Part shown: one piece after another, positions 9,952-19,183 of the stretch | Position numbering within the stretch: the first letter of the stretch is position 1 | Layout: each line of letters opens with the position of its first letter | From: a virus | Taxonomy: Duplodnaviria; Caudoviricetes | IMG/VR virus record: IMGVR_UViG_3300046786_000349 | Span: 1-39,764 of that record | Reading direction: 5' to 3' (one strand) | Length of the DNA: 39,764 bases | Program-made: the position numbers and the translations under genes | The notes under the pieces: generated by a model | Databases searched by the model: none | Seen by the model: the letters and a program-made list of their open reading frames with translations, nothing else | Told to the model about the DNA's origin: nothing

Positions 9952-10073
9952 TGGCACTGTACGGAAGCAAAGCAGTAGCGGCTGGTGTCTCCGCTGCGGT
10001 CTCTAGTGTGCTGGCTTTCTTGACGATGCCGTTTACCGGGACGCAAATGAATGCTCTAAAGGTGGGCAAATGA
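9951..10073 (+). pseudogene. 40-aa ORF, probable holin 3' remnant (cassette copy 2)
   Basis: MALYGSKAVAAGVSAAVSSVLAFLTMPFTGTQMNALKVGK; TGATG and ATGA coupling. Confidence 0.55.
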
Positions 10074-10297
10074 ACCTGCAAAACATTGTCATTACACCTC
10101 TTGTCACTAACCCGGCAGACTACAACATCAAAGCCGACATCCTAAATGATGACTTTGTAAAAGTCGCAGACTTTGGTGTTGATGGAATTGATATGTTTAC
10201 GTGGTGGGTGCAACAGGATGTTAATTTCAGATTGAACATAGTCAATCAGTTTATGAATGTTATGGCAGTTCAAATTGTGAACGGAACGGCTGAATAA
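10070..10297 (+). CDS. 75-aa acidic protein, fibre-cassette partner (copy 2)
   Basis: Paralog of 7362-7589 with the same TAATG junction to the fibre gene. Confidence 0.8.
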   Translation: MNLQNIVITPLVTNPADYNIKADILNDDFVKVADFGVDGIDMFTWWVQQDVNFRLNIVNQFMNVMAVQIVNGTAE

Positions 10298-12336
10298 TGG
10301 CAACATATTATGTCCGTACGGATGGCAATGACAGCAATACTGGTCTTGGACCCACAACCGTTTTAGCGTGGCAAACTGTAGGTAAAGCACTCGGTGCAAC
10401 GGGTATTACATCCGGTGATACGGTCTATATCGCACCGGGCGTGTATCGTGGAGCCGTAACAGTTTCTGGCACATATTCTTCTATGACGTATGTATATGGT
10501 GACCCTCTTTGTACACAGTTTGCTGACATCAATGCAGGTGAAGTAAAAGTAACAAACTTTGTAAGTAACACAGCATCTGTTCCAACTAGTCCTGTGTTAA
10601 CAGCTACTTCAAAAGGCAATTTAACATTTAGTGATTTGTATTTTGAGAGTGGCACAGGTGGAGGTGTTTCACTTTCTATTACAGATAATTTCCTGATTCA
10701 ACGGTGTGCGTTTATAACTTCACGCGCTGCTTCTAGTTCAGCACTCAACATAACATCTGGTGTTATTACAACCGGATTGACAATTACAAAATGTATATTT
10801 GTTGGTTCAAATGTTGGATGTAATATTGACCCGACTGTCACATCTGGTCAGAGTGTAAACGTCACTGTAAGTGATTGTCTCGCTCATAGTTTTTCAAGTT
10901 GGGGAATAGTATTTTTCAATGGCGCAAGCACAAATGGAATAGGTGTAAAAATTTACAACTGTACAGCTGTAGGGTCTAATACAGCATTTGGTTTACGTGG
11001 AACAAATAGTAATAGTGGTTCAATCTATAACTCGTTAGCAATCGGTTGTGCAACAGGTCTAAGTGTTTCTGGCAGTAGTGTAAACACACAAGATTACAAT
11101 CGTTTTGTAAACTGTATAACAGGAGTATCTGGAACTGCCGCAGGAGGTACAAACACATCCACTGCTGGTATCTATGGTGTCGATTTTGGATACTCATTAA
11201 TTGTTGGACTAAACCCACTACAAATGTTTGGAACTCACGCATCAAGTCCAAATACATCTTTTGGTACTGCTAGTGGCGCACCAGTCACTGACATGTATGG
11301 CGTGACTTGGAGTGGGACTAGTCCCGATGCGGGTTCATCCACATATAGAAACATCGGTCAAATCGGTGTTTACCTTGCAACTGAGCGCAACGCCTCCGCC
11401 ATCACAATCGCTCCCGGCTCAACATCACAGTCCATCGAACTCTATCTAGGTGCTACAGGGCTAACAGCCTCCACAAGCGGTCTCTCAGCCCGATACAACC
11501 GCACAAGGACTGCAAGTGTAAGCATCCCTCTAGTAGCCCGTACAATCGCTCAGGCGTGGACTTCTGGTGGATTTGCCGAGGTAGACGCAACCAACATGCC
11601 GGGCGTGTATCGATTAGACCTTCCTGATGTTGCTTTGGCTGCTGGTGCTGACGATGTCACTGTAGTGGTCAGAGGTGCAAGCGGTACTAACGGTGCGGTA
11701 ATGACGATCAAACTGAGCAGTGGTGGCTTGACATCAGCGCAGACGGCATCTGCTGTTTGGGGTGCTGACCCATCGCCATACAACGACGCTACGACACTTG
11801 GAGGAGTACTTAATCAAACATCAAGTTTGGCAGTCAGCACAGATGCAACGGTCAATCAAATACCTAACCTTGTTTGGGATGAGCCTAAGGTAAGTCATAC
11901 AACGGCTGGCACATACGGAGACTATCTGGATGCTAAGGTTTCTACTGTTGCAGACACGGCACGCATTCAGTTACGTCAAGGGCCATTCCTTATCAAGCAG
12001 AACGCTACTGAAGGATTGATTACAGAAGTCAACCAGTTCTTGTCTACCGTCCCCAACATGGAGATGGTCTTAATTGACAGTAGTGGTGGTGCTGTATCTG
12101 TCAGTGGATCAACACTTGTGCTTCGTGTAAGGAACCAGGCTGGTACTGCCGTAGTCAATAACGTAACGCCTACCGTTGCGTACGCCGATGGTGGTGTAAT
12201 TCGATGGACTCCAAATCAGTCATGGACTGCTTTGGGGGTTACAACAGCAGGTACATATAGAATCATTGTTGAGCGTACAATGGGTACGACAACAACGACC
12301 TTTGGGCCGTTCCTTGTGCAACTAAGCAGCGGATAA
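10297..12336 (+). CDS. Fibre/spike protein with N-terminal pectin-lyase-like beta-helix (copy 2)
   Basis: YYVRTDGNDSNTG...AWQTV...YIAPGVYRG; same architecture and TTTTFGP ending as 7589-9772. Confidence 0.75.
   Translation: MATYYVRTDGNDSNTGLGPTTVLAWQTVGKALGATGITSGDTVYIAPGVYRGAVTVSGTYSSMTYVYGDPLCTQFADINAGEVKVTNFVSNTASVPTSPVLTATSKGNLTFSDLYFESGTGGGVSLSITDNFLIQRCAFITSRAASSSALNITSGVITTGLTITKCIFVGSNVGCNIDPTVTSGQSVNVTVSDCLAHSFSSWGIVFFNGASTNGIGVKIYNCTAVGSNTAFGLRGTNSNSGSIYNSLAIGCATGLSVSGSSVNTQDYNRFVNCITGVSGTAAGGTNTSTAGIYGVDFGYSLIVGLNPLQMFGTHASSPNTSFGTASGAPVTDMYGVTWSGTSPDAGSSTYRNIGQIGVYLATERNASAITIAPGSTSQSIELYLGATGLTASTSGLSARYNRTRTASVSIPLVARTIAQAWTSGGFAEVDATNMPGVYRLDLPDVALAAGADDVTVVVRGASGTNGAVMTIKLSSGGLTSAQTASAVWGADPSPYNDATTLGGVLNQTSSLAVSTDATVNQIPNLVWDEPKVSHTTAGTYGDYLDAKVSTVADTARIQLRQGPFLIKQNATEGLITEVNQFLSTVPNMEMVLIDSSGGAVSVSGSTLVLRVRNQAGTAVVNNVTPTVAYADGGVIRWTPNQSWTALGVTTAGTYRIIVERTMGTTTTTFGPFLVQLSSG
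11383..11760 (+). repeat. Conserved block shared by the two fibre genes (copy 2)
   Basis: Matches 8696-9088 apart from a short indel. Confidence 0.9.
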
Positions 12337-12338
12337 AC

Positions 12339-12719
12339 ATGAAGTACATAGAAGCCACTAGCAACGTAAGATCGGTGTCACTTAGCATAAAGAGTGGCGT
12401 TGCTTCTGGCTTGCGTCCAGCTGCACAAACGGTAGCACAAAGTGCTAAACGTCATGCTAGCACAAACATTGCATCTGGACGACTCGTACAAAGTATCCGT
12501 GGTCGTAAAGTCAGTAAGTTTGTAGCCGAGGTTATTGCAGACCCACAAGGGACAAACTGGGTTGGGAATAACGTCCACTACGCTATCTTCTTGCACAATG
12601 GACACCGAGCACCAATTGTGGCGTTTCCCGGCAATCCATTCTTAATCAAAGCAATGGTAGAGCAAAAGGACAATGTAGAACGCATTGTCCGCGACACAAT
12701 TAAGCAGGTATTACCTTGA
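12339..12719 (+). CDS. HK97 gp10-like neck/tail completion protein
   Basis: SGRLVQSI, YAIFLHNG and NPFLIKA motifs. Confidence 0.75.
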   Translation: MKYIEATSNVRSVSLSIKSGVASGLRPAAQTVAQSAKRHASTNIASGRLVQSIRGRKVSKFVAEVIADPQGTNWVGNNVHYAIFLHNGHRAPIVAFPGNPFLIKAMVEQKDNVERIVRDTIKQVLP

Positions 12720-13132
12720 GTATCTATGAGCCACGTTTGGCTAGGCAATGGATCAACAGTAAGTTAAACGCTTCCACTGTGCTTAATTATGTCAGTGGTA
12801 TCTATCAAGACCTAGCCGTGCAAGATGCTCGTAGTCCATATGTCATCATTGAGGAGATTGGTGGCTATGACTTAGAAGCTGGCTACCGGCAAGGTGCATT
12901 TATAGAATTTCACGTACTAGTCGTGGGTTTTGCAGGACAAGACGATGACGCCATGTACAACGCTATGGATGTGATAGATACTGCATTAATAAATGCGAAC
13001 GAGACGTACAGTGGGTATCGCGTGATATGCCGATCATCAGGTGTAGTTCCTTCCACGATTGAACTAGGCGATGGGCAGGTTTATTGGCGTACAGTTGGAC
13101 GAACCTGGCGGATATACGTCAGTAACCTATAG
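12716..13132 (+). CDS. Putative tail terminator
   Basis: Position before tail tube; IY.D.A......PYVII pattern. Confidence 0.65.
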   Translation: MSIYEPRLARQWINSKLNASTVLNYVSGIYQDLAVQDARSPYVIIEEIGGYDLEAGYRQGAFIEFHVLVVGFAGQDDDAMYNAMDVIDTALINANETYSGYRVICRSSGVVPSTIELGDGQVYWRTVGRTWRIYVSNL

Positions 13133-13141
13133 GAGAAAATA

Positions 13142-13609
13142 ATGGCACTGATTCTTGAGGATATGTCGATCACCTTCACAATTGGTGATGCGTATACTCC
13201 GGGTACTGCACCAGTTTGGACTGCTGCGCCCACATATGCTTACCTTGGAGTAGCGCGATCAATTGAGATTACGGACGAGTTTGACTCTGTAAATGCTGGT
13301 GGAGCAACGGGTATCAAACGCCGTTATTTTAACCGCAACCAGATGATTCGGATTCGTGGTGTTGTCACGTATAACGCAAACAACGTCCTAAACATCCCGC
13401 AAGCAAAGTCTTTGACGACATACACACTTGGTCTTTACAACATTAAGATTACGGTGAAGAACAACTCAACGCTTACGCCATCGCGTAACTTTGAAGGTGT
13501 TATGCGACGTATGAGCATGTCTACCGACCAAGGTAATCCTCTTATTGAGGAAATGGAAATTGACCTCATGGCAGACTGGGGTGCTTACTCTGCCAGCCAA
13601 GGAGCATAA
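13142..13609 (+). CDS. Putative tail tube protein (paralog 1)
   Basis: AGGAG RBS, position, beta-rich 155 aa. Confidence 0.65.
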   Translation: MALILEDMSITFTIGDAYTPGTAPVWTAAPTYAYLGVARSIEITDEFDSVNAGGATGIKRRYFNRNQMIRIRGVVTYNANNVLNIPQAKSLTTYTLGLYNIKITVKNNSTLTPSRNFEGVMRRMSMSTDQGNPLIEEMEIDLMADWGAYSASQGA

Positions 13610-13611
13610 CT

Positions 13612-14082
13612 ATGGCATTGATTATGGAGGATATGTCGGTACAGATATGGGTGTCAGCACTTCCATATTCACCGACGGGAGCAGCTCCCACTTTTTCCGC
13701 CAATAGCCAAATCATCGGTGTGAGCCGGTCGGTTGAGTATAGCGACGAATTTGATTCCGTCAATGCTGGTGGTGCAGCAGGTATCAAGCGTCGCTATTTC
13801 AACAGGCAACAAATCGTTCGCTTGCGTATGGTAACCACGTACAACGCTGACAACGTCTCTAACTTGTCTGCGATTCGTGGTCTTACTGTCTATTCACCAG
13901 TGGGTTATGTCGGGTATGTGCGCATTAAGAACAACGGTGCACTCGCTACCTATCAGGACTTTGTTGGAGTTATTCGAAGTTTTCGAATGAGTACCGATCA
14001 AGGTAACCCACTGATTGAAGACATCGAGTTAGATGGCATGGCTGATACCACAGGTTGGACAGGTGCAATAACACCTCCATAA
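13612..14082 (+). CDS. Putative tail tube protein (paralog 2)
   Basis: Shares DEFDSVNAGGA.GIKRRYFNR and MSTDQGNPLIE with 13142-13609. Confidence 0.65.
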   Translation: MALIMEDMSVQIWVSALPYSPTGAAPTFSANSQIIGVSRSVEYSDEFDSVNAGGAAGIKRRYFNRQQIVRLRMVTTYNADNVSNLSAIRGLTVYSPVGYVGYVRIKNNGALATYQDFVGVIRSFRMSTDQGNPLIEDIELDGMADTTGWTGAITPP

Positions 14083-14100
14083 GTATAGTAAACTGACTAT

Positions 14101-14535
14101 ATGAAACTAGGTGACATTGTTCAAAACGCTCCTAAGTATGAGCGTCCTACAGTAGAGGTTGATGTAACTGACTGGCTTGGGTCTGATGACGATAAGGTTA
14201 TTCTTACATGGCGTCGTCCAGGTGTACCTCAGATTTATCAATCAAGTATGGACGCTCAAGAGCTTATAAAGCGTTATCCTGACATCCCATTTCCTTTGGC
14301 TATGGACATCTGTGCAATGGCAACAGCGCATGAGAAACCACTACCTTCTGAGGAATGGCCGACTGCATTGTTCTATACGTGGATAGCTCAGAATCACATG
14401 GACTGTTTTGACTATCTGTTCCGTACGTTTAATGAGTCCTTTACTGGTTTGAGTCAGGTACGTGGGTCAAAACCTAACGACCTAAAAAACTCATCGTCCG
14501 AGTGTGCTCCAAGCACTGGAGAAGACACCCCTTAG
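14101..14535 (+). CDS. Tail assembly chaperone (lambda G-like)
   Basis: Between tube and tape measure genes; contains a slippery site near its end. Confidence 0.75.
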   Translation: MKLGDIVQNAPKYERPTVEVDVTDWLGSDDDKVILTWRRPGVPQIYQSSMDAQELIKRYPDIPFPLAMDICAMATAHEKPLPSEEWPTALFYTWIAQNHMDCFDYLFRTFNESFTGLSQVRGSKPNDLKNSSSECAPSTGEDTP

Positions 14536-14663
14536 AGGTAGACCTTCCATACTTTGCTTTGCTTGATCTGATTGAACTTGAGCAGATGGAGCAAAAAGAG
14601 TACGCTCGGATGAAAAAAGAACAAGAGGAAAAATTCAGTGGCAACAGAACTCGGCGACATTAA
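14484..14663 (+). other. Programmed -1 frameshift site and GT-like extension
   Basis: In-frame A AAA AAC at 14484-14490; -1 frame open (LIVRVCSKHWRRHPLEVDLPYFALLDL...) to TAA at 14661-14663. Confidence 0.8.
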
Positions 14664-16566
14664 AATCCTTATTGATGTAGACGTCACTAGGTTTGAAGCA
14701 TCACTGAACAACGCTATGGCCCGCGCTACTAGTGCGTTTAATCGCATGGGTGCGGGCATGTCCTCATCAATCAATCAAACACTTTCCGCTGGTTTTAGAG
14801 CACAATACCAAGCCTTCTCCACGGGATTACAAGATACCTTCCGAAACGCATTTGCGGCGGCTGAACGCGAGCAAGCGCAGTCTATGGCTAGGTTGCAATC
14901 TCGTATGCGACAAAGCATGGGCAGTACGTCCTCGATGACGCAGGTTGGCCAATCTGTCGGTTCGTCCTTTGCTATAGGTTTTAGTAGCCCTATCCTAAAT
15001 GCTGTAAGTGCTATTCATAGTGCGATGTATGGATTGAAAGACATTGGTCAGATGGTTGGAACCGTTACTGGTTTCACAATGGCTGCCAACTTAGGTGGCA
15101 TCCAATCCGGCATTAGCGCACTCATGAAGGACACTCGGCAAGGTGCACAGATTGCTGGACAACTGCAACAGTTGGCAATGGAAACTCCATTTGGAGTTGA
15201 AGATTTTTCAGGCATTGGCCGCAAGATGCTTGCAATGGGTACGCCTGGAAACCAGTTAATACCTCAGTTGACTACACTTGCAGATGCTGTTGCTGCTACT
15301 GGTGGCGGAGCCAGTGAATTAAGAGATATTGCTGAGTTTATTGCAAAGATTCGTATGAATCCTAGGGCGATAGATTCGGATACGTTACTTGGACTTGTAC
15401 GTTCCGGTATGCCATTACGCCAAACAGCAGAGCGTATGGCTGGACGAAGATTTGAGAATGAGCAAGAAGCGACAATGTTCTTGCAGTCTCGCATCAGTGG
15501 ACGCGGTTCTCGTGGCATAGCTGAAATTAATGCCGCATTACAAGCTGAATTCGGTGGATCAAGTCGTGCCCTTGGTCGTACTGACATGGCATCAGTAACG
15601 CAAAGAGTTTCCGAAAGTGCTCAGTCAATGCTTATGGGCACTAGTGGCAAGGGACTAAATGTAGCTCTCGGAGGACTAAACCTGCTCTCGGACGTTATGG
15701 GCACTATTGGGAAACTGAATACCGCAACACTAGGCATACCCGGGATGATTTTACTAGTCAGTACATTTGGGTATTTGAAGAATGCATTTATAACAGCAAA
15801 GTCAGGTCTGGATGCGTTCATCGCAAGTCTCAATAGTTTTACTAGCAGTATCCAAGTTGCACAAGCACGCGGCATGGCGTCAGCTACTATGGGATCCGCT
15901 GCTAGTATTCCTATGTACTTGAGTTCATATGCTCAAATGTCAGGGCAGATGAATCCAGCGTTTTTGGCGGCTAACCAATATGTTAATGGCAAATGGGTTC
16001 CTATTCCGCCTCCTGCCCCGCTTACTCCGATGCAGAAAGTCAGTGCTGGAATCCAAGGCAGAATGACAGCAATGAATGCCGGAATCAACAACTACATGAC
16101 CAACAACCCAAATGCCATAGGAAACATAATGTCGGGTGTGTTAATGTTTGGTGGCGTACTTGCTTCTCAGTCTCTCGCTAATCAGCAAGCTAACTTAATC
16201 GGGAATGAAAAGGCAATGGCTCAGAGTACGCGATTGCAAAATACTCTTGGTGGGGCTGCTTCCGGCGCAATGATTGGTAATTTGATTGGTTCTGCTGTAC
16301 CTGTAATAGGTAATGTCGTTGGAACAATCGCTGGTACCTTAATTGGTGGTGCAGCTGCATACCTAACTTCCGAAGACCCAAGTAAGTTACCGTCAAAAGC
16401 CATAGACGAAAACACCAAAGCGTTGAACAATGCAACTGTGGCTATGACCTTATTAGCATCAAGCATCATCGGTGGTGGCCCGAGAGCATCTGGTGCTGTA
16501 TCTGCAATCGAACTTGAGATGTACATGGCAAGTAGAAATAACATGATGAATGTAGGTATTGGCTAA
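14638..16566 (+). CDS. Tape measure protein
   Basis: ELGDIKILIDVD start, LAMETPF...LADAVAA tape-measure domain, A/G/S-rich, C-terminal glycine zipper. Confidence 0.9.
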   Translation: MATELGDIKILIDVDVTRFEASLNNAMARATSAFNRMGAGMSSSINQTLSAGFRAQYQAFSTGLQDTFRNAFAAAEREQAQSMARLQSRMRQSMGSTSSMTQVGQSVGSSFAIGFSSPILNAVSAIHSAMYGLKDIGQMVGTVTGFTMAANLGGIQSGISALMKDTRQGAQIAGQLQQLAMETPFGVEDFSGIGRKMLAMGTPGNQLIPQLTTLADAVAATGGGASELRDIAEFIAKIRMNPRAIDSDTLLGLVRSGMPLRQTAERMAGRRFENEQEATMFLQSRISGRGSRGIAEINAALQAEFGGSSRALGRTDMASVTQRVSESAQSMLMGTSGKGLNVALGGLNLLSDVMGTIGKLNTATLGIPGMILLVSTFGYLKNAFITAKSGLDAFIASLNSFTSSIQVAQARGMASATMGSAASIPMYLSSYAQMSGQMNPAFLAANQYVNGKWVPIPPPAPLTPMQKVSAGIQGRMTAMNAGINNYMTNNPNAIGNIMSGVLMFGGVLASQSLANQQANLIGNEKAMAQSTRLQNTLGGAASGAMIGNLIGSAVPVIGNVVGTIAGTLIGGAAAYLTSEDPSKLPSKAIDENTKALNNATVAMTLLASSIIGGGPRASGAVSAIELEMYMASRNNMMNVGIG

Positions 16567-18935
16567 TGCCTATTCCACAATGGCGCATAACCTTTGATGT
16601 AGAAAACCGGATGACACAACGTCCAGGTTTTGCACAGTCGCCGTTTGGTACAAACATTACGCAGTACATCAAGTCAAGTGATGATGAGCAGACTTGGCAA
16701 GAGCCTATCACTGGCATGATGATGCTAAAGCCAAGCTTCTTATCTGCCGACTGGTCAACTGCAACACACTGGTATGACGAATCAGTCATTACACGAGATG
16801 AGCCATATTGGGAATTGATGTGGCATGGTGATGGTGGAGATCCAGCATTCAACGGTAAGTTTTTAGCATCTGAAACACCTACGCTTGGCACAAAACTTAT
16901 GCCAGCACTAACTGGTGCGGTGCACGTACCAAAGTACGTAACGACGAGTGGTTATGCAAACGACATCATCCGGATTGGAATGCAAACCGCTACAGGTGCG
17001 GATACATACAAGGATGAGGGCTTTGTTATCAACTGGAAGATTGCCAGTCGCGAGGTAATGACAAACAAGTATCGCAACTGTTTGTTTATCGCTATTGAGA
17101 AACTTGGCATTCACATTGACTTTACAGGCAAGTGCTCAGTGTACTGGTACGACGATCCAGTATCTGGTGTATATACAACAGCTACACTAGTAGATACGTT
17201 TGATATTGGTTCCATCACGGAAATGACGGGTAAATGGCAGACATTGTCGATTATCCCAATTCCGCAGATGGGCGTATTGATTACGAACCATACTACAAAG
17301 TCAACAGTACAGAAAAGTTTTAAGTCATCCGCAGATTCAAAGTCTATTGCAGGAAAACTCGTGCAAGTTCCATTGCGTACCGCAAGTGGAAATCCTTATG
17401 TAGTTGATGCCGGAAAACTGGAAATCGGTTTCAATCCAGATTTCCTGAATCTCACATACCATTACGCTATACACCGCATTCGATATCCAGTCACAGCAGA
17501 AGGTGGAAGTGGTTACCGATTCTTGACGCAGATATATGACCCTGGTTACATTCCTGCGACTTCACCTGCAAGCCATGTCGTTGGCGCATATCAAACAAAC
17601 GCATCTACATCTGCTAGTGTTTCATTGGTGGATCAAGATGTTGGCACGTATGACGTCGGTACAGACAGATTCTTTAGGCACAAAGTGATGTTGTCTACGT
17701 CTAATGCTGTTTACACTCCTATGTTGTACGGTGTGTACTTGCGGTGGGACAACCTTAGAGTAACGCGATCAACAACGCCGGTGCTTATTGACCGATATTC
17801 GCACCTAGAGTTCTTTGACGATGACTTGGCATACGGTGGTGGTCGATTACGTGCGACACATACAACAGAAGCTGAGATTGCTATTGTTGAGCGCGGTGAC
17901 ACTACTTACAAGATTGAGCGCACAGATGACCCTACGGTTGCATCACCTACGTGGGTTGTGCAACAGACGGGATGGGCGCGTTTAGGTTCTTGTGATGTGT
18001 ACCTTGATAATGCCGGCACAAACAGCTTTGCATATCGTTATGAAGCAGACTGGGAACTCACAAGTGAAATTGGTAGGTTCAACGAAATCAATCAATACCT
18101 ACACACGGCTTTTGATGGAAACACCGTAGGTAGTGCAATCAATAACGTGTTGAATGCGGCTGGTTATGACCCTATACCTACGGTAGACCTTCCAGCAGAT
18201 GCAGTCAATACGACGGTTCCTGTGCCACCTCGTGGTCAGAGTTGGCGTCACGGTACAAAGACTGGAGATCGTGGAGACAAGATTATTCGTCAGTTACTTA
18301 TGCTGTTGCGTAAGCAGTTTATTGAGTACCGTTTACGTTGGGATCAAGTCAACTACAAATGGATTCTAGAGCAAAAGCCAGCACACAATGCCGCTACCAT
18401 CTGGAAGTTCGTACCGAATCCTGCTGACCATAATGTAGCAACGAATAAGATATGCGTAGGAGAGTCACCAAAGGTGTACTCGATAAACGTTCAGCCACCG
18501 GAAACAAACTATATCAATGGGGTTGGTACTACTACAGCACAGAATGATGCAGCTCGTGTACCTGCTGCTCATCCTCTGATTAACCGAGACAGTATCTTTA
18601 ATGCTAGTAGTCCTGACTATCTCGGACGCATCATTACATCAATGCCTATATTTGTTCCGTATCTTGAGCCATCTGACATCCTAAAAATGTCAAGGCGTGT
18701 GTATGATGCAGCAGCACAACGTCGTTTCCAACTAAAGGTGTGTTCCTTCTACTACGTCGATGGTTTTCAGCCTGGTGCTCGTTGCCGTATGCTTATGGTT
18801 AATGGTGTTGACACAGATTACGATGACCTTTACATGAAGCGTCGTACGGTCATTATCAGCCGTGACAGTGGTGGTATCGTTGCACCAAAGGTTGAATATA
18901 GCTGTGAATCAAACTATGTGAGTACGGTGTATTAA
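16566..18935 (+). CDS. Minor tail / tail-tip protein
   Basis: 789 aa coupled to the tape measure gene; no family motif recognised. Confidence 0.6.
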   Translation: MPIPQWRITFDVENRMTQRPGFAQSPFGTNITQYIKSSDDEQTWQEPITGMMMLKPSFLSADWSTATHWYDESVITRDEPYWELMWHGDGGDPAFNGKFLASETPTLGTKLMPALTGAVHVPKYVTTSGYANDIIRIGMQTATGADTYKDEGFVINWKIASREVMTNKYRNCLFIAIEKLGIHIDFTGKCSVYWYDDPVSGVYTTATLVDTFDIGSITEMTGKWQTLSIIPIPQMGVLITNHTTKSTVQKSFKSSADSKSIAGKLVQVPLRTASGNPYVVDAGKLEIGFNPDFLNLTYHYAIHRIRYPVTAEGGSGYRFLTQIYDPGYIPATSPASHVVGAYQTNASTSASVSLVDQDVGTYDVGTDRFFRHKVMLSTSNAVYTPMLYGVYLRWDNLRVTRSTTPVLIDRYSHLEFFDDDLAYGGGRLRATHTTEAEIAIVERGDTTYKIERTDDPTVASPTWVVQQTGWARLGSCDVYLDNAGTNSFAYRYEADWELTSEIGRFNEINQYLHTAFDGNTVGSAINNVLNAAGYDPIPTVDLPADAVNTTVPVPPRGQSWRHGTKTGDRGDKIIRQLLMLLRKQFIEYRLRWDQVNYKWILEQKPAHNAATIWKFVPNPADHNVATNKICVGESPKVYSINVQPPETNYINGVGTTTAQNDAARVPAAHPLINRDSIFNASSPDYLGRIITSMPIFVPYLEPSDILKMSRRVYDAAAQRRFQLKVCSFYYVDGFQPGARCRMLMVNGVDTDYDDLYMKRRTVIISRDSGGIVAPKVEYSCESNYVSTVY

Positions 18936-19183
18936 TGAACATTCGAGCACAGATAGATATGCAGCAACAAGCTGCGCAACGTCAGTCGTTCTTGACAGGG
19001 CAGATTAATGGCACCGTTGGCTTCAACTCAGAGCGTGAATTAAATGCCAACGTAGCCACATTCCATGAACTTCCTGTGTACGTCACTCCTAACTGGAACT
19101 TTGTTCAGCAGGATGCTAACGGAAACTTTTACATCTTAGATGGTTACTCATATACGGGTGGCCCGGATGTACCTAGACCCTAA
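18935..19183 (+). CDS. Small tail-associated protein
   Basis: TAATG coupling on both sides. Confidence 0.6.
   Translation: MNIRAQIDMQQQAAQRQSFLTGQINGTVGFNSERELNANVATFHELPVYVTPNWNFVQQDANGNFYILDGYSYTGGPDVPRP

Noticed and set aside
8696-11760. Diversity-generating retroelement TR/VR pair
   Set aside because: Differences are mostly synonymous and not adenine-specific; both copies are coding; no reverse transcriptase in the window.
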